The translations under genes and the position numbers were made by a program. The notes beneath the pieces were generated by a model. That model saw only the letters and a program-made list of their open reading frames with translations, was not told the DNA's origin and did not search any database. From Podarcis melisellensis (Eukaryota), in the NCBI GenBank assembly GCA_964234715.1, contig OZ174284.1: a stretch of DNA of 64,000 nt; one strand, 5' to 3'. The first letter of the stretch is position 1; each line of letters starts with the position of its first letter. Of this stretch, positions 54,388-64,000 are shown piece after piece.

Positions 54388-56709
54388 CTTATGAAAATAG
54401 ATGCAGCCCAAATGGATCTCCTATAATTGGTTTCAGATAGCGGGGTCAGAAGAAATACGATACAAGAAACTATTACATGGAACAGGCGAAACAAGAATGT
54501 TTATACAAGCACTACCCTGTTAAACTGACAATGGGCGTATACTTTACAGATAACCAGAAGGAAGAGGGGGGGAGGAAGACTTGTCATAAGAGATTATTTT
54601 TATTCTCCATTTTGTTACGGAATATTTTAACTTTTACTATATAATGTAAAAATAGGCTCTTTTAAGCAAGAATAGCGCAAGATGTCTCAAACCCCTTGGA
54701 AACAGTGACCAGAACACTATCAAATTCAGCATCTATGTGAGTGAATAATTGCCCAGAAAGTTGAATACCAGTCAAATTTAATTTAAAAAGGGAAAGAGGA
54801 TTAGTTATATGAACTCATACAGCTGCCTTATAGTGAGTCAGATCATGGGTCCATCTAACTCTGGGCTGATCTGCATTAAGGTGGGTTTTTAAACCAGTAT
54901 TTTTGCTTCTTGCCTGCTTGGTGATGAGCGCGCGCTCTCTCTCTTTCATCCACACTTATATTAATAACACTACTTCTAAGCCTTTGCTCCGGGATTTTTG
55001 AGACTACTTTTATGCTGACTTTTTTGAGTTTTCGCATTGCGCACCAGCTACTACTGGCATCAGTGGGAGTGGCTTCTTTGCTGCAGAACTGGTTCAGCAG
55101 CTTTTGCCCCACCCTCATGTTTGACCTTACAGGGGATCTGTGTGGAGGAAGTGTGATCTCCCATTTCATTCCCACTGACCACAGAGTCATGTTAATGACG
55201 GTCATACAGAGAAGAAAGTTCTGGTTGTTACTTTGCAGTGTGTACCTGCAAAGCTCCAAATACAAGAATGACTGTGAGGAAGTGGGAAGCCCAGCAACAA
55301 AGCATCACAGCCTGAGTGACAAAGCAATAAGGGGAAAAGGTAAAGCATCCAGAATTGTTCAAGAGATTCTACAAAATGATCAAAGAATGTCAGGTGTTTC
55401 TTTTTTCTTTTTTACAATTCAGAGAAAATACAAGTGAGGCCCCCACAAGAAAATAATGCAGTGTATTCCTGTGTGTGTTACCTGAGCTTATGGCTGAAGA
55501 AGCAAAAAAGACAAAAACAGGGGTTGGTACTCTAACTTGGGTTCCACTTCAAGTACAAACATGCTCATTATGTTCTGAGCATTTTACAGTGCAACCAGTC
55601 TGCATGAAAGTCAATGGAGCATGAGGCTTCTGAATGCCTGATTTGGCCTATGAGGAGGAGGTCTGTGTGGAAGCAATTTAAGTAAATTGACCTTTGCTGC
55701 AACTTGAGAGATTCAGGTTTTTTTTTGTTTTTGTTTTACTAGGAGTCCAAAGCAGCCTCAGTTTCACCTATGGCCTGCAGTATTAACAATAAACTATAGT
55801 ACACGGCTGCTGCAAGCTACCCTCAAACCTGCAAAGGAGTATAACAGTGAACTACACTGCCGCCTCAGCCCAACCTGCTATTGAGGGATAAAAGGGGGAA
55901 AAATAGCACTGTGGGTTGTTGTACTCTCTCAACTCCAGCCCAAGTCCAAGCATGAAATAAGGGTCCAATACTGGACAGCAAGGTTGTTGTAAACTTCTTT
56001 GAGCATAATCTGCAGTATTCAATATATACTGTACTCCAAAATATACTCTTCCAGTGGCCATCACATCTATTAGCTGAGACCGGTAAATGTTGCCTCCAAG
56101 TTCAGAAGCAAAATATCTCTGAACTGCAATTGCTCAAGGGCAAACAAATGGAGAATGTTTGTCTTCAGACCCTGGATGTGGGTTTCCTGTTTGACCAATG
56201 TTGCCCTTCTGGCCAGTATTGGAAACAGGGTGTTGAACTGCATGGTATCGTTGGCCTAATCCGATACAGTTCTTATGTTCAGAGATACAAACACTCATAG
56301 TAAACATTTATTTAAATCAAACACAAAAATCAAACAACCAGCCAATGTGTTGTAGGACAACAAACCAGTGAAACAGGGGACCTACTGGGATATAAACGAA
56401 TTATATACATCAGTCTTAATAAAACAAGATGTTGGAAAGTTACTCACACTCAAACAATTAATTTCACACAGTAATTGCAGTATAGAGGACAAAAAGGGAT
56501 AATGTTTTAGAATGGTTAGACAAACTAAAAAACCAACACTATACTGAGTTGATGTCATTCCCCGAGGGTTCTTCAAGAATTCAAACATGAAATTGTCTAT
56601 CAAAAGATAAACAACACACATATACTCCATAACATTAGAAGGCCAACTATCTTCTTCAAAGGATCTAGAAAATTTGGGGGTTTGTTGGCCTAACCCTGTG
56701 TCCCTCAAT

Positions 56710-56832
56710 TTGGTGCCCTCTAGATATCTGAACTACAATTTCCATTAAACCCAGCCAGCATGACCAATGGTAATAGATGATGGGAGGTTGTAGTCTAAAA
56801 CATTTTAAGTATACCAGATTTGGGAAACCTGG
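56710..56832. mobile_element. Degenerate hAT-MITE of the 36806/39119 type
   Basis: GGTGCCCTCTAGAT...ACTACAATTTCCAT...CCAATGG...GATGGGAGGTTGTAGTC...GGGAAACCTG. Boundaries approximate. Confidence 0.55.
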
Positions 56833-56852
56833 AGTAATCGCTAGCCCTACTA

Positions 56853-57078
56853 CAGTGGTACCTCGGGTTACAGACTCTTGAGGTTACAAACTCCGCTAAC
56901 CAGTAAGTGGTTGCTCCAGGTTAAGAACTTTGCCCCAGGATAAGAACAGAATTCGCGTGCCAGCGGTGTAGCGGCAACAGGAGGCCCCATTAGCGAAAGC
57001 GCACCTCAGGTTAAGAACCATTTCAAGTTAAGAACGGACCTCTGGAACAAATTAAATTCTTAACCCAAGGTGCCACTG
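56853..57078 (+). mobile_element. Tc1/mariner-type MITE, same family as 24265
   Basis: TA-CAGTGGTACCTCGGGTTAC ... AACCCAAGGTGCCACTG-TA. Confidence 0.88.
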
Positions 57079-57185
57079 TAAATACTAATAAAAGTAGTGC
57101 AGTCAAAACATGTACAATAGCCCACAAAACTTGCGATTTATCATAAGCAGAGCCCTGCTGTATCAGGTCAAAGGCCCATTTAGTA

Positions 57186-57458
57186 TTTCTGACATTTTCC
57201 TAACTTTTAATTTCTGCATTATATTTTAGTTTTCACAGAATGTAAAAGCCAATTCCAGAAATATAGTGGATACAGTGCACGTTTACCGCACATTTCCATG
57301 TAATAGGCTTCCAGAATAATAAAAAAAAAGTCTGCAAATAACATGGAAATGAGTGCTAACCTTGAACTATATTCCACTATATTTCTGGAAGTGGTTTTTA
57401 TGTCGTGTGAAAGCTAAAATATAATGTGGAAATTAGCAGTTAGAGAAATGTCAAGAAA
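57186..57458. repeat. Long imperfect palindrome
   Basis: Nested complementary blocks around ~57321: 57253-57270 with 57373-57390 (18/18), 57291-57301 with 57341-57351, TTATATTTTAGTTTTCACA with TGTGAAAGCTAAAATATAA, and TGACATTT with AAATGTCA. Confidence 0.85.
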
Positions 57459-57509
57459 ACTGAATAATCTGCTGTGTGAATGCAGCCTGACAGAGGGAAA
57501 ACAGATGCC

Positions 57510-57830
57510 ATACTAGAATCAATATGGTGTCTGTAAAGGAGAGCTTTTAGAATAGACAGATGACAGGTTTCAGCAACAGATCTGTTGAACTGGTGTGCAG
57601 TATGGTACTGGGACTCAGAAAGCTTTTAAACAAAGTTCGAGAACAGCAGCTCATGGGGAAAGGAAACAACAACATCAAACTCATGGGATCAGGGGATAGG
57701 TCTCCTTAATGATCAATAGCTACTCAAAAACAGAAAGCACCACAAAAATAAATAAATGAACAACATCACAATAGAGGGAAATAAATGGAGGGGTCCCCAA
57801 GGGTCTCTGGTGGAACTTGTATTAATGCTC
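57510..57830 (+). mobile_element. Highly degraded CR1 RT fragment
   Basis: AAAGCTTTT (KAF), CATGGGATCAGGGG (HGIRG) and GGGGTCCCCAAGGGTC (GVPQG-like) in CR1 order. Confidence 0.5.
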
Positions 57831-59304
57831 CAATGCGAGGTAGAAAAGTGAGAAAGGAAAGTTGCTGGTGACAGTGAGGGCATAACTTCTTGCTGGATTA
57901 AAAGCTTATTCAAAATAGAATGCTTTGAACTAGTCATCTCTCTTTCTTTAGATAGTAGCCACTGTCCAGGGTATGTGGGTTTTTAAAAGAAAATAAATCC
58001 TTTTGCTCCTACACCATATTTCCACCGAATATTAACCCTCAAGCCGGTGTTTTCAGCAAACAGACTCTCTGGTGTCAAACAATAGGCTTGGCAGCAGAGG
58101 GGGGTTTTCAGGAGAAATGTGCATGGGAGGAAAGACTTGCTCCTCTCCCTATCTGCCATCCTGCTTCAGAATCAGGAACGCTTGAAACTACTTGTTTCCT
58201 TTCTTTTAAAAGCATGGCCAGTTTTAAGCATGTTAGTTAAAAAAATGCTTTTAACATAATGTCTAGTGTGTTCCTAAATATTCAGAATGGTAAATTACAG
58301 GTAGGTTTCAAGGAATTCCCAAAGCACTGGACAGTCAGAGGGCAAGTGAAATTTGTGTGTTGTTCAATCAACCTTGCAAGGGCCACATGCCAGCATTAGG
58401 TGTGGCCAAAAGTCACACGACTGATGCAGACACACCCACACATATAGACAGATAGAATATACACCCACACATACAGGCAAACAGGAAGACAAGCAAACAA
58501 CAAAATGAAGTTGGGGGCTGACAAGCAAATACACTCTCACATTCTAGAGGGCAGGCACACTTCAGCCATTCACTCAGCCTAGGAGGGAGGGTTTCTTCCT
58601 AACAAAGTACTAAGGTATGAGGTCCCCCTGGACTGGACTGTAATAAGGAAGGAGGAAAGCTTTGTTTTTGCTATTCATCACAGTGCCAGGATAGGAGGAG
58701 CACCTCCCAGTCTGTGATGGAGAAGAAAAACAAAGTGTTTCAAATGTCTTGTTACCTCTGAAAAGAGCCACTCCCTCTGGCGCAACACCACTGTGAAGGG
58801 ATGTGGGAATGGTGGCAGCAATGGGAGGGAAGGAGGGAAGGGGATCAGTGTGCACCCAAGTCTCCTTTCGCACAATGGGAGTCACATGTGTGAGGAGTGG
58901 TAGGATGCTTGGATAGGGCTATCATGACAGAATACTGAGGATAGAATAGAAAGATGTTGTTGTTGTTTAGTCGTAAAGATATCAACTGTAATTAAGAGTC
59001 TGTAGAATCTATTTTATAGCACGAAAGAGATAATAGGGCTTAAAAGCAAATGTAAGTGGACAAATACAGTAAGTAACAATGAGAAAATGAAGACAATCCT
59101 CCCTGCCAATCCCCAATTTGAGATCTTGGGGTTATCTAATGAAGCTGACTGACCGTAGGCTCAGGACAGACTTAGCAAAAGCATGTTCACACAATGCAGC
59201 TTTAACTTGTTGCATAAATATAATTCACTGCTTCAAAATGTGATATGTCCCACTAGTTTAGATGGCTTTAAAATGGGAGTGTGCCTCTGAGGACCAGAAA
59301 GGCA

Positions 59305-60638
59305 CACTGACGGATTTGAAATGATACCATGAGGCGGCTCGTCTCTCCTGGATCGGACGGCATGCTTATCTAGGCTATGAAAAGGTTAAAGTCCACAAAG
59401 GTTTTTTGAACCATGTGGTAAGAAAATCACCATACATGGTGTGGGCTGAGTATAAGGACTTGTTAGAACCTAAAACACCATGGTGGCTATCCCCAATAGA
59501 AGCATTCTTAGTCAAGAAAAAAAACATGAAAGGAAATTGGGCAACTTGCAAAGTTGTATTGGAAGAGAAGGGAAATAGGCTGAAGCTTAAAAAAAATGAA
59601 GAAATTCGAACCCACTTAACAGACTGGCTACAATATTTCCAGCTAAATGAGGCATTCAAAAAAGACAAACAGAAGGGCTTTTCCACAGACCTATCAAAAT
59701 TCGAGAAATTAATTGAAATTAAAGAAAAACCACTCTCTAAAATGTACAGACTCCTCCTAGAGTGGGATGTCAAGGAGGAAGAAGTAAAATCGGTAATGGT
59801 CCAATGAGCCAAAGAGTTTGGCTACAACATTCAAATGGAAGCGTGGGAAAGATTATGAAGTGAGGTCTTGAAATTCACCGTGTGCTGTAATTTGAAAGAG
59901 AATTTGATGGAAATGCTTTACCGTTGGTACCTAACAGCTTCAAAACTAGCTAAAATGTATAAGACCAGGTCAAGCATTTGTTGGAGATACAGAAAGGCAG
60001 AAGGCACGATAATCCATATGTGGTGGAATTGTAAAAAAAGAGAGAATTTTGGGATATAATATATAATGAGCTTCAGAAAATGTTTAAATTTTCTTTCCCA
60101 AAAAAGCCTGAAGCCTTTCTGCTGGGTAAAATGAGTAACGATATTCCAAAAAGTCTAAGGAGAATTTTTATGTATGCAATAGCCGCAGCAAGAATCTTAA
60201 TAGCAAAAGAATGGAAAGGAGAATCTATTCCTAACTAAGTTGGACTGGCAGATGAAAATGCTAGAATACACAGTTAGCAAGAATGACAGGAAGACTTAGA
60301 GATGTTACATAACAAACATTTAATAGAAAATGGGATACTTACAGAGTATACCTAAAAGAACATTGTAAAAATCTAAATTCTTTGGCAGGTCTGGATTGAC
60401 CCCTGCATGATAGTAGGAAATTTTACAAAACCAATTACAACTGAGACAATTTAGGAGACAGAATGGAAAGTGTGCGGTCGAAAATGTAACTTAGGAAGCA
60501 CACTAGGATGATTGGAAGTCATAATGGAATCTGTTATGTATGAATCTAATTTTTTTTCTTGGCAATTTGTATTGCGTTTGTATTGTTTTTGGTGATTGTT
60601 TTTCTTTGTAAAATTAATAAAGCATTAAAAAAAGAAAA
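59305..60638 (+). mobile_element. L1-clade LINE 3' fragment (ORF2 C-terminus, degraded)
   Basis: Peptides KTPWWLSP, SKMYRLLLEW, MLYRWYLT and a degenerate zinc knuckle (CWRY..EGT..HMWWNC). AATAAA plus an A-rich tail at ~60616-60640. Flanking direct repeat AGAAAGGCA at 59296-59304 and 60639-60647. Confidence 0.85.
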
Positions 60639-61459
60639 AGAAAGGCAACTGATAGGCCACTGCTTGAAACCAGAAACTACTCTTGAACCAGAAAGTGCTT
60701 GCACTGATTCAACAAGCCAATGCACTATCCACATCTTACAAGAGTGACAGAGTCTGGTGGAGCTAGCAAAAAAGTCATACATCTATCTCACATAGGAGAC
60801 CTACAACTATATTCAAAATGTTTTCAGAGGACTTACAGTACACCTTTTTCTCCTTCTGATAAATATCTGGTTAACCTGGGCCAGTCTTCTGCGGTGGTTT
60901 CAATTCAAATTTATTTTATTTGGTGGCATGTGTACTGTGTTTCTATTTTTCTGTTGTGAAATACTGTAGCCAATCTGGAAAAGGTGTAGGGCACCCTCTT
61001 TTTTTCCCAGCGAGTCCAAGTCCTCAAACCACCTTGCTCTCAACTTTCTTCTACAGAACAATGGGAAATGCTGGCAAATGTACTGCAAATCAAAGCCAAT
61101 TCAAGTCTGTAGCTTTTCTGACTGTAGGCTTCAAAGGATACAGATATCAATGGAACTACATAAATAGACAGTATCCTGAATCGGCCTCTGTAACTCACTG
61201 TTCAATAATGTTTATTATAAAATAAGCAAACTTTCCTAAGCACCACTGGTTCCATACAATTAATACGTAATCAGGGACTATTTTAAAAGAAAATGATCTA
61301 GCTAGGTAATCAGTTATTATATTTTAGTTGCTTGTAAGTCGCTTTGGCACATTTCAGTGGGAAGAGATACACAAATTTAATAAATCCAAACACAGCTACC
61401 TGGATCCTCTGCTGAGGTTAGATTGCACTCATCATTAAATGCTCTCTAAAGAGGAAAAA

Positions 61460-61801
61460 GGGGCATGGGTGGCGCTGTGGGTTAAACCACAGAGCCTAGC
61501 GCTTGCTGATCAGAAGGTTGGCAGTTCGGATCTCTGCAATGGGGTGAGCTCCCGTTGCTCAGACCCTGCTCCTGCCAACCTAGCAGTTCAAAAGCACGTC
61601 AAAGTGCAAGTAGATAAATAGGTACTGCTCCGGCAGGAAGGTAAACGGCATTTCCGTGCGCTGCTCTGGTTCGTCAGAAGTGGCTTAGTCATGCTGGCCA
61701 AATGACCTGGAAGCTCCCTCAACCAATAAAGCGAGATGAGCGCCGCAACCCCAGAGTCGGCCATGACTGGACCTAATTGTCAGGGGTCCCTTTACCTTTT
61801 T
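61460..61801 (+). mobile_element. Sauria SINE (lacertid type), near full length
   Basis: GGGGCATGGGTGGCGCTGTGGGTTAAACC...CAGGGGTCCCTTTACCTTT. 13-bp TSD TAAAGAGGAAAAA at 61447-61459 and 61802-61814. Homologous to the 5903-6261 copy. Confidence 0.93.
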
Positions 61802-63375
61802 TAAAGAGGAAAAAACCCTAGTCGCTTATGGAAGCTCTATAAGTTTCCTTTAAAAGGTGACAATGTAACAAAAGTATAGGTTTAAGAAGACGTAGGACAT
61901 CTCTCCCCTGTCTAACTTAGCAGCTAAAATCTTTCTTGTTGCCTTTGTGAATTAGTCAATTGAAATATTAGGGGAAGTTCACAAATATAGTGATGAATGA
62001 TTGCAACGAAAACATATCTGTCATTCTGCAATCAAAATGTATATTTTTGTAAGTTCTTTTGACTGCCCATTCATTTTCTGTGCTCAGAACTAGGAGCACT
62101 TACCATGTTAAAGAGCATCTTACGGTTAGATGGCTGATATGTAACAGAAAGATTCAAGGCTTGTGAAGGAGGCAAATACTATCAGTTTAAACACCACTTT
62201 ATACACCACTTTTATTGTGTAAAGTGTTTCATAATCTTTAGCTTTTTTGTATTCTTCTTGGTTGTATAAGCTCCAAACTAAGGCTGGGAGCTAATATTGA
62301 GAAATATTATGCACCTCTCAGGAACAATGCACAATACTATTACTTATCCAGCACAGGGAACATGAATTGCCGATTTGCTCTGATACAGATGAGGGGCTGT
62401 TGACTGAAAAGGAATGTGTGTGTGATTATTCACCACCCAGAATTCACAGACACTACAGAATTAACATGCAATTGGGGACTATTTTAAAAGGCAATGTCTA
62501 GCTATCTAGATTTTCTACTGAGGTTATATTGCATCCACCATTAAATTCTTACTAAACAGAAAAAGAAACAGTAATAAACAGATGAATGCATCATGAAGTT
62601 TCATAATGCTATTTAATAAAAGGAAATTAATCACATAATTGTCATAAACCTATTTTCAAACAGCAATCTATCAGAAGGAAATTATGCATCTGTAGTTATT
62701 GACCTTTCATTTCAGCATGACTGATACATAATTAGACTAGTTTTGTGAAAAATAATAGTTAATTACCAGAACATTTTTTACTTTAATTGTTTGGGGATAG
62801 TATTATTATTATTTGCAGCTTAATATATTTTTCTCTGTATGTAAGATGCTAATGTATACACAATACAATAGCAATGTATTTTAAAGAAAAAGCTTTTATG
62901 CTTAAAATGAAATACACTTGCTATTTTCTCTGCGCCAATCTGTGATAAAAAGAACTTTGAAAACAAGTTTGTGGGTTTTTTTTACAGAGTGTCTGTACAA
63001 CACCTCAACTTTTTTGCGGCAATTTATTATCTTGCTATGAGTGACTCATTTTCCATCCTGGAATTAGGATGGTGAAACAGAAGACCCATCCTTTCCATCA
63101 AAGGGATCTGTTTGATGAGGGTGTGCTGGTGAAACTGGGCTAGCAGTAGATGCTTTTTCAGTGTCCAAATCCTCGTCTACTCACTATCTTTCCAGTAATG
63201 AAAAATCAGCCTTTCTCTACTGTCAAAATGATCTTTTGCAGAGAAATGATAGGAAGGGGTACTCATCCCAATCAAGGGCTCCTTGTGTTGGCTAAGCAGG
63301 AAGGGAGGCTATCCAAGCTCAAGTTCTACAGGTCCAAGACTAATGCTTATATACACTGCAATTTATCTCTTAAAT

Positions 63376-63546
63376 CAGTGGTTCCCAATGCAGAACCCAT
63401 TTTTCAAAAACCAAGCCATGCACTCCCTGCTTTTGAAAAAATTAATATCTCTATGGTAGTTTTTGTTATGTGAAAGGGGCCGCTGACACCCTGCGTGGGT
63501 TACGCAGACCCCCTGGGGTCCATGGACCACCAGCTGGGAACTACTG
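63376..63546. mobile_element. hAT (Charlie-like) MITE
   Basis: TIRs CAGTGGTTCCCA / TGGGAACTACTG. Imperfect 8-bp TSD TCTTAAAT / TCCTGAAT. Confidence 0.7.
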
Positions 63547-64000
63547 TCCTGAATGTGCAGCCCTCAACTGATGTGACATTTGGGGTGGAGGCAATGAGTT
63601 GTTTCAGCCACTTGCCAATTTCCTGCAGAGAGACTTATGGAGAGACGTCATCAATAACAAATGGGGTAGGGGGAAATAGGTGAAATTGCATAGTTCTGCT
63701 GCCACACTGCACAAATTGTTACATTGTCGCTCCTTCTGAATGCTGTTGATTTAATTTAATTTATGATTTAGCAATATTTACATAGTACATGGTTTTACTT
63801 GTTGTATGGAGCTGTAGATAACCCACCCTGGGACTGGATGGTGGAGAGTTGGTACACACACAGATGCTATTGGGAAGGAAGTGTACATGATGATGTACCA
63901 ACCTTTCCAATTCCAATGACAAATGTCAGCCATTTGCTTTTCCATACAATGTCCCAGGAAAGGGAAACAACAGTATGTCATTGTGTACTGGCATTTCCCA

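Larger units (their letters stand above)
50070..64000 (-). other. FOXP2: FOXP2 intron upstream of exon 3 (3' part)
   Basis: AG acceptor at 50071-50070. No exon-2-type peptide (MMQESATET...) was seen in the window. Confidence 0.8.

Noticed and set aside
61461-61540. tRNA gene
   Set aside because: It is the tRNA-derived head of a Sauria SINE.

Overview
This is eukaryotic (squamate) genomic DNA. Two near-intact Sauria SINEs of the lacertid type point to a lacertid lizard such as Podarcis. The whole window lies inside FOXP2, transcribed on the minus strand. The only recognisable host coding exon is the 90-bp exon at 49980-50069 ([30 protein letters not shown], orthologous to human FOXP2 exon 3); everything else is intron. 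The introns carry a young 5'-truncated L2-type LINE, a 3' L1 fragment, old CR1/L2 pieces, Tc1/mariner and hAT MITEs, SINEs and microsatellites. Most notable are: (1) eight 148-388 bp N-blocks set in unique, repeat-poor DNA, more like masked (ultra)conserved non-coding elements than assembly gaps; (2) a candidate frame-preserving 30-nt micro-exon with complete splice signals at 51071-51100, between two of these blocks; (3) a perfect inverted repeat with 68-bp arms at 35500-35648; (4) a degenerate ~270-bp palindrome at 57186-57458. I see no multi-gene novel system. The content of the N-blocks cannot be read, so every claim about them is inference.
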